Both the position numbers and the translations under genes were made by a program. This document shows, piece by piece, positions 9,145 to 20,043 of a DNA stretch of 36,385 nucleotides. A model generated the notes under the pieces. The model saw only the letters and a program-made list of their open reading frames with translations, made no database searches and was not told where the DNA came from. Within the stretch, counting starts at the first letter, position 1, and the number at the start of each line of letters is the position of its first letter. The DNA lies in contig JAADVB010000199.1 in the NCBI GenBank assembly GCA_023334545.1, forward strand, positions 1-36,385, read 5' to 3'. This DNA comes from Salisapilia sapeloensis CBS 127946 (lineage: Eukaryota; Protista; Oomycota).

Positions 9145-12100
9145 TCATTCATCTTCGCTCGTATCTTCTGTCGAGCCAGGGTAGATCCCAGTGTCCTGGT
9201 AGATGGCCTGCTTCTCTCTCTCCAGCTCCAAACGCGCTTCGTTCACTGCATCCGTCACGTGCTTGTCGATGAACCTCTCGGCCGCCAGCTCCTGAAACTT
9301 TTCCAGCAGCACGTTCTCGTCCATCGCCTGCTCCTCGGACGTCACCTCCAACGCTACCTCTTTCTCCAGCGATCCCCACGTGTCGGAGCTGTTCGTACTG
9401 CTACTAAGAGACCGGTTGTGACTGTGTCGTCTCTTGCCACTGCGCACCACCTCCAGCCGAGCTCTGGCGTCGGACAATATCTTCCTCTTCCCCGCCCGCT
9501 TGGCCAGCCACGCACGTGCCTCTTCCTGCGCCTCTCTCGCTACGATCGTCAGCGTCGCTCTCTCCTGATCCATCAAGAACTGGAGCGTCGCCTGGTCCAG
9601 TAGTGCCGCCCCACTCACCTTTCCACCCTCGAGGCCAGACACCTGCAGCTCGGCCACCTCCACACTCCGTTCAGAGCCAAGCATACTTCCGCTACCTTCC
9701 GTGCCTGGCATACTCCCACTGCTCACGAACAACGGGTCCGTGGATGCTGTCGTCACGATCACCGACCGAGGCGGGGCTTCACGCAAGCTTCCACTCACGC
9801 CTCTCGCCTCCTTGAGCGCCTCTGCTCGATTCACGACCACCTTGGCACTCTGCAAGTCCATCGGACTACTCCCAGGCACTTCTGTGATCGGCGCCAACGT
9901 CGGTGTCGGCGCAGCATAACTCACCGTCACGGCTTGGGATGGCGCCAGCTGCGTCGAGATCGCGGCAGGCGCACTCAGCATCCCTGACGCAGCCTCACTG
10001 GCGCCGATGCCTGATCGAGGGACCATGTCCGGCATGGAAGACATCCTCTCCATGCCAGAGCTCTCTGTCGGCAGCAGTCTCCTCTCTGCTTCCTCCACAC
10101 TCAGCTCCCGCAGCTCCGTCGGAATGCCTCGGTCGTCCTGCTCCTCTGTTGCTGGCTTGGCATTCGCAGCCTCCAGCGTCTTAAGCTGTGTCCTCAGCTG
10201 TTTCACAGCCTCCGTGGTCGTTAGTCCAGTGGAGTCCATGACTTCATGCTGCACGAGTTCTTCCCAGCTGAGCAAGAGTTCAATCAGTTCGTTCGACCGG
10301 ACAGCTCGCTGGAGTGCCAGGTGCAGCAGCCCCATGTGCGACACTGGTGTCACCATCCGCACTTTGGCACCATGCTCCACCAGACACTTGGCCAGTTCCA
10401 CCTTCTCCTTCTCTACGCACAGCATGAGTGGCGTCTTGGCCACATCGCCACCCCCAACGCTATCATCGCTGACACTGCTTCCGCCAGTGTTGGTTCCGCG
10501 ACTAGAGCTAAGCATTCCATCGTACTCTAGCGACTCGTCCCATGTGTCCAGTCGGCTCCAGGACGTCACGTAGCTCGAACTTCTCGCCAACATCGCCCCA
10601 TGCTTTTCACTGAGCACGTTCAAGTCCTGTCCGAACTCCTTCCAGAGCTTGATAAAACGCTCGTCACAGTCGCATCGGACAGCCACGTGCAGTGGCGTGA
10701 GACCCTGGCAGTCCCACCAGACGACGAACACATCTTCCTCTAGCAGCAAACGAATCAGCGCCAAGTTCACTTCGTCCTTTGGATGCTTTGCTGCTAGATG
10801 CAAAGGCGACCGCTTCTGCAGTCGCGTCGGTCCTTCTAGGACTTTGCGACTCCAGTCGTACTTTTCCGTCCGACTCACCATGAGCTGCGTCATCACCAGC
10901 ATGGCGTTGTCGCTGCTGTGAGACGCCAAAGCGCCGTGCAGCGGCGTCTCTCCATTACCTCCCGCCGTCTGCCCTAGACAAGTGCCCTCCGATCGGTCGT
11001 TCAAGAACGCCAGGAACATGCCCAGCACCTGTCTCGTGGGCTGTCCGCCGGCAGCTGCAGCATGCAAGGCAGTGCTGACGTCCGTCCGATGGTCTGTGAT
11101 GACCATGTTCTGCTTCGTGGGCAGGTGGAACGTGAGGTGGCTCCTCCTTGCTCTCTGACTCGACGCACTTGATGCGTTGCTGGACTGGGCTCCACTGAGC
11201 ATGTCGGATGAGTCCACGCTCGGTGTCGTCTCTCGAACGACTCCAACCAGTCCGTCGGATGCGTTCTGCAGCAAACTCTGGATGAGCAGTGTCGATGCGC
11301 CTTGGTAAAAGTCGATCTGCTCTCGACTCGACACTGGCTTGACGAGCGACTGCTTCTCCTCCTCCAGCGGACTCAAGTCTCCATCCTTCTTCTTCCTCCG
11401 CCGTCTCTTCTTCTTCTTCTTCTTTTTTGGCTTCTTTGGAGTAGCTCCGAGCTCGAGCCAGCAAATATGTTTCGTCAGGACATGCACCAGGCTCTCGGAC
11501 GTCAGCTGATGCACCATCTTCATCTGATTCCGATTCAAGTCCAAGAGCAGTGTCGTGAGCTCCACCTGGCCACTTTGGAGCGCCAAGAAGCACACGGGAG
11601 ACCCCGTCTCTTCATCCAAGTACCTCTTCATGCTGTCCTTGCCACCTTCCTTCACCAACGCCTTTGCGATCGTCCAGCTCAGAGCGTACATGCCGAAGCG
11701 TATGCTCAGCGCGAGAGGAGACGCCCGCCTCGCATCCAGCGTTTCCAAATTAGCTCCATGGGCCACCAAGGCGCTTGCTGCCGTCTCTAGGCCACTTTTG
11801 ATGGCAACGTGTAGAGGCAAGTCTCCCTCTTCCACCTCCTCCTCTTCTCTGTCCTCACTGGGAAGAGCCAGGTGCCACTTGCACTCTTTTACGTCGGCCT
11901 CTGCACCAGCCGACAAGAGCAGCTCCACCAGCTCCTGCTGCCTCAGCTTGAGCGCCAAGGTCAATGGTGTGTCATTTCCGTGCCGATCTCGATGTTCGTA
12001 CCCTCGCTTCGTAGCGCCAGAGCTGAGGCCAGAGCCAGTGTTGGCGATCCCAGAGTTCACTTGCAGTCCTCTCGACGGCTGGTACAGACTCACCATGCCT

Positions 12101-13771
12101 GCGATGGCTGCAGCAGGGGCTCCGACCTTGAGCGCCAGATGGAGACTTTGGTTTCCGTAAGCGTCACACGAGGTCGGATCCACGGCGTTCTGGCCGACGA
12201 GAGACGCCACGAGGACCCACAGTCTGGCTTTGAGCGCCAAGTGCAAAGCACTCTCGCCATTCGCATCACATGCAAAGGGGAGTTGAGACGACTGGGAGAG
12301 CGAATAGTCGGTCGTGGGGGCAGACGCGACGGTCGGGCTCACTTCGTCCAGCGAGTCGTGGAGTGAGAGCTGGAGCAAAAGCGAGGAAATGCGTTCGGCG
12401 TACGTGTGCCATCGACAGGCTTTGATGCTCACGTGTAAAGCGTTGTCTCCACTGCCAGACATGTACTCAACGTACGGAACGTACGTGTTCCTGCCTTTCT
12501 TCTTGAGCGCCGACAAAGTTTCCATGACACTTAAGTGGTCTCCGTGATGACACAAGAGCATGAGAAGCGTCCACCTATACCGATCACTGGACTTGGCGAG
12601 AAGGAAAGGCTGCTGATGACGACCGATGAAGCTGGAGAATAAAAAGCGGTGTGCTGGAGAGAGTCGCTGTTCCTCATCCAGCAGCAGATGGAAGAAGCTC
12701 GCATCCAACACTTGTCCAGGATCACTCCCTAGATCCAACAAGAGCTCCAGGACAGAAGAGTTATCTTCACTGTAGGTAACAAGTGCCAACTGGAGTGGCG
12801 TGATAGGCATCTGCGTTAGTCTGTCGTCCGAAACGACGTCTTTCGGCACTTGCCACGCGCTATCCAAGCGGCCACCGCATGATAAGCATTGACGAATGAG
12901 CTCCAAGTCTTTACGATAAACGGCCAAAAGCAACACTCGTCCAGCAAGTTGGGAGAAGAGCGTGTCGTTATCGTCCTCACTCGCCACATCCAGAACTCCA
13001 TCGGACATGGTCAACTTGATACTGTTCTTGTCTCCCTCTTCCTTTAACTCGACGCTTGTCACCTTACTAAGCCCAAACACTTTGGTAGACGACTCATCCA
13101 CGTGAGCTACTTGTACGTCATCTCCCTGGATTCGGAGCACACGAGGCTGCCATCGACCCATCCAGCCTTGCGACCTCTTATGCACCTGGTACTCAAACGT
13201 AGGATCTAGAACCTCATGGTTGAACGGGACGGAGGCGAGGTCGATGCGAGATATCGAAAGCTCCTTCTCTTGTCCGCTCAGAAACCTCCCGGCGTTCAGC
13301 AGCAGCGGCCTCTCTAGCGCAAACGGGTCCTTCTGGACGAGACGCGAGACTGTGTGTGCTTGCAACGCCTTCTTTAGCTCTGAAATGTTTTCTGGCAGTG
13401 GTGAGTCGTCTTCACCCTGCTCTTGGGCGAAGAGCTGTCGTAAAGAGGTGAAGACGGCCGTGTTTTCATAGATGGGGAAGATGGATTGAAGGAAGGTCTT
13501 CAAGTCCTTCCATGTAGGTCTGGTGGGCGAATCCGCACACTGGTCTGCATACAAGTGCAGCAGTCGCGAGAGAAAAGCGTCGTGGAAGCATTCCTCCGTC
13601 GGTTCATGCAGCAGTCGATCTTGCCACGCATGTCGTTAGCTTCTAGATAACCTACTTGCGCACTACTAGTAGAATAGCACCTGCTTCCTGCAGCTCTTCC
13701 AAGTACGGCTGGAGTGCCTCCGGGACCTTTTCCTTCGCTCGAGCGTAGACGCTCGTGCCATCGGGCGGCAT
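9145..13771 (-). CDS. Large PH-domain + ankyrin-repeat protein, ~1521 aa, 2 exons
   Basis: The 1469-aa ORF extends upstream through a predicted 61-nt intron (13620-13680, GT...AAG, with CTAAC branch site) to ATG 13771 (MPPDGTSVYARAKEKVPEALQPYLEELQEA|DRLLHEP), preceded by an in-frame stop. PH-like KRSQGWMGRWQPRVLRI; many ankyrin motifs (GESALHLAL, GDLPLHVAI, GETPLHGAL, GLTPLHVAV). The 5' exon is less certain than the body. Confidence 0.85.
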
Positions 13772-13975
13772 CTTGCTATTCGACGATGGTCTTCAAGCAG
13801 GTCGCCCGAACGTCGTTGGAACGTCTCTTGTAAATCGGGTGACTGTCCCGCAAGACGGGCGCACTTGCCTGGGTTGGGAGAGTGGCGTCGGTGCCTCTTT
13901 AGTGAGACGATTGTGAGCTATGTTGTACAGGACAGAGGCACTGGTTGGCGCAGGACCAGCCAAATTTCGAGTGCT

Positions 13976-13998
13976 TCATTTTCGAGCCTCATTTCGCC
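13976..13998 (+). promoter_or_regulatory. Candidate oomycete initiator (Inr, YCAYTYY)-like elements upstream of RPS3a
   Basis: TCATTTT (13976) and CTCATTTC (13988) lie 40-60 nt upstream of the RPS3a ATG and match the known oomycete Inr consensus. The motif is short, so a chance match is possible. Confidence 0.4.
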
Positions 13999-14037
13999 TT
14001 ACGAGCTTAGAACAAGGAAGCTTTATCCCCTGCAAGC

Positions 14038-14948
14038 ATGGCGGTCGGTACGTGCCTCGTTAGCTTACTCGTAGAGATGACAGGGTAGTCTAACCTCGGA
14101 AACCTTAGGAAAGAACAAACGTTTAACCAAGGGTAAGAAGGGTGGCAAGAAGAAGGTGTACGTACCAGCTTTGGATTGTTTTATAAGTGAATATATGCCA
14201 ACGATAACCCTTTGGCAATAGTGCCGACCCGATGACCCGTAAGGACTGGTACGACGTCCGTGCCCCGGCCATCTTCTCCAACCGTGACTGCGGTAAGACC
14301 CTCGTCAACCGTACGCAGGGCACCAAGTCCGCCACGGAAGGTCTCCGCGGCCGTGTCTTTGAGGTCTCTCTGGCCGATCTGAACAAGGACGAGGACCAGG
14401 CCTTCCGCAAGATCCGTCTCTGCGCCGAAGACATCCAGGGCAGCTCGGTCGTCACCGGTTTCCACGGCATGGACTTTACCCGCGACAAGCTCTGCTCGCT
14501 CATCCGCAAGTGGCAGACGCTCATCGAGGCCTTCGTTGACGTGAAGACCACGGACGGTTACCTCGTGCGTCTGTTCTGCATCGCCTTCACCAAGAAGCGC
14601 CCGAACCAGCTGCGCAAGACGGCCTACGCGCAGTCCGCCCAGGTGCGTGCCATCCGTAAGAAGATGACGTCCATCATGGCGGAGGAAGCGTCCAAGTGCG
14701 ACATCAAGGACCTCTTCCTTAAGTTCATTCCGGAGATCATTGGCAAGGAGATCGAGAAGGCCACCCAGGGCATCTACCCTCTCCAGAACGTCTTCATCCG
14801 CAAGTGCAAGATCCTTAAGAAGCCGAAGTTTGACCTTGTCAAGCTCATGGAGCTCCACGAGGGTGGCGCCGAGGAGAAGGGCGCCAAGGTGCCGCGTGAG
14901 ACCGACCAGCTCGTCACGAGCATGGAAGGTGCGGGCGGCCGTCTCTAA
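14038..14948 (+). CDS. RPS3A: 40S ribosomal protein S3a (eS1), 261 aa, 3 exons
   Basis: Exons 14038-14047, 14109-14157, 14222-14948 give [35 protein letters not shown]...[21 protein letters not shown], the unmistakable eS1 sequence. Strong C/G3 codon bias. Confidence 0.99.
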
Positions 14949-15138
14949 GCTTTAATAGCGTCCGATGTCCAGGGGAATACAAACACAAGGCGAACTTTCC
15001 AAAAACTTATCCTTATGCCTCTCGTACGTTTCCATCTCTGTGCTACTCTTCTAGATTACCATACGCAGGTCTTCCGAAGTGAGTGCCGAAAAACAGACCT
15101 GCAACCTTCGAGCAACGCGTCTTACAGCACTCCACGAC

Positions 15139-15981
15139 ATGACCGATTCGCTCAAGGCCATCGAGCGCAAGTTCACGGAGCAACGACCGCCACTTGCCTA
15201 CGCCAAGCTGACGGGGAAGCTAGAGGATGGAAGCGACATTGAGACGCTGCTCACACACCTGCCTGCTGAACTAGGACGAGGACAACCAACGCGTAGGTGC
15301 TTATTGTCGATCCGTTGCATCATCAAAAACTCATCCGAATGACCCGACAGCCACGTCTGGTGCCAAGGTTCCTCTGGGAGACCAGAAGGCCATGTCTAGA
15401 CAGCATGCTCGCATTGAGTGGGATAGTACTAAAGGCAAATTCCAATTGACCGTCCTTGGCAAAAACGGAATTCACATCCGAGGGAAGAACATTGCAAAGG
15501 ACGAGACGGTCGACTTGCCTTCCCAGACGCCACTTAAAATAGGCCAGACACGAGTCTACTTTCTCACAGCCATCCGATCTGCATGCAGCACCATGGGAGG
15601 AGTCAAACTGCTCAGTCGCGTATGTTTCTCGTTTTTTGCTCCCTTCGTCCATAACTTTTGTCCTCATAGGCTTTTGACAAGGCGAAGAGTGCAGAAGCAG
15701 CCCCTCCGTCCGAGATCGGCGTCACAGTAGAGACTCTGTGCGACCACATCTTTGCTGCCTTCCCTCGAGCATCAGACGAGCTGGGCGGACGAGAGAACCT
15801 ATTAACCTTCTTCGGAGACTACCTCGAGGCCGATACAGCCAACTATGAACGGTTGCCAGGCACGCAACCGCCGAGGTACCGCCAGAAGCCGAGTGAGACG
15901 AACGCAGCTGGACCGAGCGATACAGAATCCGCCAAGAAGAAACAAAAAACGTCCGACGGTGGAGCGACGCCCGTCCAGTAG
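15139..15981 (+). CDS. FHA-domain nuclear protein, ~244 aa, 3 exons
   Basis: Exons 15139-15292, 15351-15619, 15670-15981 (introns 15293-15350, 15620-15669) join in frame. FHA hallmarks: LAYAKLTG...ELGR...MSRQHARIEW...LGKNGIHI. C-terminal basic patch AKKKQK. Confidence 0.88.
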
Positions 15982-16000
15982 CTCAATAGAAGAAAGTGGT

Positions 16001-16462
16001 CTATTTGCTCTCTTTACCCTCAGCTTTGCTCTCCCCATTATCCTTGCTCTCTCCTTTGTCCTCATGCTCGTCGCCAGCCTGCTTTGCGTCCTTGCTCTCC
16101 GCAATCGCTCGACCTTGGACGACTCGCATGAGGTCGTAGAAAGCTTTGTAGTCCATTGACGCCAAGACTACATCGACAAACTTGCTGGACTCGGAGTCCT
16201 CCTTGACAGCCTCTTCGCACAACTTGCCAAAGTCTTCTTCGTCCAGCCCCTCTTCCTTGAGGAACTCTTCCATGTGTTCATTAAAAAGCTCTTGGAAACG
16301 CTTGTAAATTTCCATGTACGCTAGTTCGTGCTCTTCGTCATCGTGGAACGAAAGCGAGTGACGGAGGAAGAATTTTTCAAAGTCATCTTGGAACCGAGGC
16401 GAGGCAATGTACTGCGCCAGTTTCCGAACTGCGTCCGATTCGATGCCAGCATCAAGCGACAT
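16001..16462 (-). CDS. BART (ARL2-binding / CFAP36-like) domain protein, 153 aa
   Basis: ATG-TAG ORF with the BART-like pattern FQDDFEKFFLRHSLSFHDDEEHELAYMEIYKRFQELFNEHMEEFL...LASMDYKAFYDLM. Confidence 0.85.
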   Translation of the reverse strand: MSLDAGIESDAVRKLAQYIASPRFQDDFEKFFLRHSLSFHDDEEHELAYMEIYKRFQELFNEHMEEFLKEEGLDEEDFGKLCEEAVKEDSESSKFVDVVLASMDYKAFYDLMRVVQGRAIAESKDAKQAGDEHEDKGESKDNGESKAEGKESK

Positions 16463-17359
16463 GGTTCGCTCGTCCGACGGTGGTGTAGAAAACGACGGAG
16501 AGTTTCATCTTTTTCTGAAGTTCATATCTATTTTCGTCTACTTGTAGCTCTACGCTTGCAAAGGACAAGCGACATCGGCTCTAGACGGGAAAAAGTATCC
16601 GAGCCAGCGCCATTCCGTTGCTTGGACCAACCGTCGTGCATGCGCAACTTGCAACTCCCGTCTCTTGCCCCCTCATGCTTGAAGTGTGTTTGAAGCTCAT
16701 CGTTTGTCGGAATGCATCGAGGATTTGAAAGCCAAATGACTGGGTTTGCTCGATCGTTTGTCAAGCTCAGAACGAGCGCTGAAGCTGCTTCAGCTCACTA
16801 GAGAAAGTAGAGTCGTTTACGCACCACTGTGGATAGTCGGCAGAGTGAGCAGGGGAGACCCAAGCGAAGACTAGATAGAGTTCACTCTACGACGCAACGT
16901 GGCACACTTCGCAATCACACACTTTCGATGTAGGGATCCTGGCGTAAGCAATATCAAGAATTTTAGCAGAGGGCCTAGCTCTTCTAATCCTTACTTTACG
17001 ACATATCTATGCATGCCTACATCACCGCATCAATAGCACGACGACCGGATGCATAGGACTCGGTGAAGGAGGCGAAATTTTCTGATAACTCATGCAGGGC
17101 GCACTCGCCGCTCGCGCTACCGTCGCATTCGACCTATCCTCTCGTATCCTGAAGCAAACGTGCGTGTCGACGTTGCCTCGACTATCTCACGACCCCTCAT
17201 CTGCCTCAAGTCGCTTGACGGGCGGAATGTACCATTTGCCCTTTCGTCCTGCATCAGGACGACCAGCACTTGATTTGGTCGATTAAGTATTTGGTAATGA
17301 CACCTTCCGTCCAACTTCAGTTTTACTCGTGACTGGTGCAAATACCTATCACCGTCTCT

Positions 17360-17368
17360 CTGATTGGC
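17360..17368 (-). promoter_or_regulatory. CCAAT box (GCCAATCAG on minus strand) upstream of the LRR gene
   Basis: CTGATTGGC on the + strand, about 300 nt upstream of ATG 17664. CCAAT boxes are established oomycete promoter elements. Confidence 0.4.
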
Positions 17369-17663
17369 CGTAAATGCCCTCCTAGTCACGAAACCCGCCA
17401 TCCTGCACAATTCTCGTTTTTCGTACTGCCCCCGAGGTCACGCCTTCTGCAATCTACGTCGCTACTAGTCGAGTCTCTCGAGCACTTGCTCCTGCACGCG
17501 ACCGCCGACGTCCACATCGACCTCCTTCTCCAGTCGTATCTGTCACTTGCACACCAAACCAACGGACGCGATAGAACACTTCGCTCTTCCGACGCCCTCA
17601 ACGTGATCACTTTGCACATCGCTGCCCTCCCTCTTTCATGCCCGCTCTCCCCACGAAAAAAAC

Positions 17664-19709
17664 ATGCAAGATGCAAACGCAAGATACAAATACAGTGGAG
17701 ATGGGAAGCCTTCTGCCGCGCCTCTAGTACGCGCCAGATCTCTCCCCGACAGCCCCACCGCATCCACGTCCCAGCCATCTCGAGAGCTCATTCAGCGAAG
17801 TCTTCAGCAGTATAAGAAGGAGCTAGAGCAAGAAGGCGCCTCGTATAGCGTCGTCGGACAGCGACTGCAGAGAGACCTCTCTCCCTTCTCGGTGCTCAAA
17901 CTCAGCGGATTCTCGCTCGGAGACAAGACCATACGACTGCTCTCGCACGCACTCCGGTCTCCGACTGCCTCTATTGAGACCCTGGATCTCGGCTTCAACC
18001 GCATCAGTGACCGAGGTGCGCTCTACCTCGCCAACGCTCTCGCTGTCAACACGTCGATCAAGAACATGTACTTGAGTGGGAACGAGATCGGCGTCAAGGG
18101 CGTCCAGTCTCTCTCGGAAAGCCTCAAACTCAACACGACACTGCAGAGTCTCCACCTGAGTGGCAACAACATTGGAGACGAAGGCGCAGTAGCCTTAGCA
18201 CTCGGCCTGGAGCTCAACACTGGTCTCAATTCGCTCTACCTGGGTACGAATGGCATCGGAAGCATGGGAATGGCTGCTCTCTCCAAGTCTCTGACCAAGA
18301 ACAAACATTTGACGGAGCTCACGCTAGGTCAGAACAAAATTGGTAGTGCCGGCGCCGTCGCCCTCGCCTCCTCGTTCACTACCAACTCCCTCACCCACCT
18401 CCTGACGCTCGAGATTGGGAAGAACGAGATCGGAAACGAAGGTGTCTTGCAGCTCGCCCAAGCCTTGTCCTGCTCCAGGAACAGCATTCAGAATCTGTAC
18501 CTAGACAATAATCCTCTTGGTGACGAAGGTGGCGCCGCCATTGGTCGGCTGCTGGCACACAACAGCAGTCTTCGTGTTGTGGACCTGAGCTACAGTCAGC
18601 TGTCCCTCGTAGGTCTCCGAGAACTCTCGCGTGGTCTCGCCCTCACAACGTCCTTGCTGTGCCTCGTGGTTGACGGCCACGACTGGGCCAGCACTCGGTT
18701 CATCCAGAGCTCATCCGCCCGAGAGGCGCTACAGGGAGTGGCTTTGTCCAAGCCGTCTGCCCAGCACTTTGCTGCCTCGTGTGTCCTGCAAGCCGTCAAG
18801 AGCAACCTTCGGTCTAAACTGCGCAAACTGGCTGGCGTCGACCTATCTCTCGCATTGAACAACCAGGACAAGCAGGTGATCTTGGGAGACGACGAGCAAA
18901 AGCAGCCGCATTTCGGAAGCTCCACGTCGAGCGTCTCCGGAAAACGCTTCCGAGCTGCTTCTGCCGGGAGCCCTGAAATGTCCAACTACAACCGGAGCTC
19001 TGACGACGTCTTGAGTCGGAACGACCAGGTGCTGCAGTTTTTTCAGACGAACCGGACGGTACAGACGCAGCCTCCTCGATCGCTCAAGCGCAAGACGTCT
19101 GAGGAGCGAGCCAAGCAGGAGTCTCCCCAGAAAGACGGAAAGATGCAGAAGCGGGTTGACAGCCGAGAGTCTGTCAACAGTACGCACTCGTACTCTAGTG
19201 GTAGCGACCGAGGCAGCCAGACGCGTCTGAGCTCCAACTCTCTGAATAGCCAGATGCAGGCCATGGGCAAACCACCTCGTCCGCCTTCGCTCCAGCCTCC
19301 AGTGCACCAGCCAAAGCCTCAAGAAGGAAACCTGTCGCTCAAGAGTCCGAGGTACGAGTCGACGATGGAAGGGCAGGCAAAGCAGGTGGTGCTGGCCATT
19401 GGGAAACTGCCGTTCAATGAGCAGGAGCTGCAGACGCTGACGAGTTACTACCTGCCGCAAACAGCGTGTGAGGACGCGAAGCACTGCGGGAAGGAAGAGT
19501 GCTGTAGTGTGTGCAGCAAGAGTCGACTGGCCAGGTACCCTCGCATGATGCAGTATAAGACGGAACAAGAGCGACATGGTCCGCTGCCTCCGGAGCAGTT
19601 GCTGTTGCTGTTGCGGCAGCTCCACTACCTCGCAGGTGCCTTCCAGCACGTGCCCGAGGCCGCCGCGACGGTCGACCGTATCCTGGCGTCGATCTATGAG
19701 TCCAAGTGA
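17664..19709 (+). CDS. Ribonuclease-inhibitor-type leucine-rich repeat protein (NLRC3/RanGAP-like LRRs), 681 aa
   Basis: About nine 28-aa repeats of the type LxxLxLxxNxIGxxGAxxLAxAL, followed by a low-complexity Ser-rich region and a short Cys-rich C-terminal domain. Confidence 0.9.
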   Translation: MQDANARYKYSGDGKPSAAPLVRARSLPDSPTASTSQPSRELIQRSLQQYKKELEQEGASYSVVGQRLQRDLSPFSVLKLSGFSLGDKTIRLLSHALRSPTASIETLDLGFNRISDRGALYLANALAVNTSIKNMYLSGNEIGVKGVQSLSESLKLNTTLQSLHLSGNNIGDEGAVALALGLELNTGLNSLYLGTNGIGSMGMAALSKSLTKNKHLTELTLGQNKIGSAGAVALASSFTTNSLTHLLTLEIGKNEIGNEGVLQLAQALSCSRNSIQNLYLDNNPLGDEGGAAIGRLLAHNSSLRVVDLSYSQLSLVGLRELSRGLALTTSLLCLVVDGHDWASTRFIQSSSAREALQGVALSKPSAQHFAASCVLQAVKSNLRSKLRKLAGVDLSLALNNQDKQVILGDDEQKQPHFGSSTSSVSGKRFRAASAGSPEMSNYNRSSDDVLSRNDQVLQFFQTNRTVQTQPPRSLKRKTSEERAKQESPQKDGKMQKRVDSRESVNSTHSYSSGSDRGSQTRLSSNSLNSQMQAMGKPPRPPSLQPPVHQPKPQEGNLSLKSPRYESTMEGQAKQVVLAIGKLPFNEQELQTLTSYYLPQTACEDAKHCGKEECCSVCSKSRLARYPRMMQYKTEQERHGPLPPEQLLLLLRQLHYLAGAFQHVPEAAATVDRILASIYESK

Positions 19710-20043
19710 GTTTTTCTTTGTCGTTTTGAAGACCAGGCAAGTAGGTAGAGTATTTATCAGTAGGAGCGAACGACGACAACCTTGAGTCACGCACAGATTG
19801 CAGCGTTGTTTCGTTGGGAGAGATGGGCGGGATGGACGAGAGAGGCTCAAGTCGTCGTTCTGTCGTGTATGCCATCCTTGTCAGAGGTAGAAGGATGCTT
19901 CGTACAGTTATAAGCAGAGGATGGACTGCCATTCGTGTACTACTCGAATTCAAACTCAGAATTATTCTAAACGAGACATGCATAGTTCTACTCGTGTATC
20001 CAGACTTCTTTATTGCTTTATAAAAGGCCTGTTATTCGTCGTC

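Noticed and set aside
9149-12547. Numerous 60-212 aa alternative-frame and antisense ORFs inside the ankyrin gene
   Set aside because: Fully nested in a long coding exon at moderately high GC; no domain signatures.
14181-14858. 225-aa antisense ORF over RPS3a
   Set aside because: Codon-register antisense shadow of a highly biased ribosomal protein gene.
16528-17410. ORFs of 64-121 aa between the BART and LRR genes
   Set aside because: No motifs, coding-like composition or convincing splice partners; more likely divergent promoter/UTR sequence.
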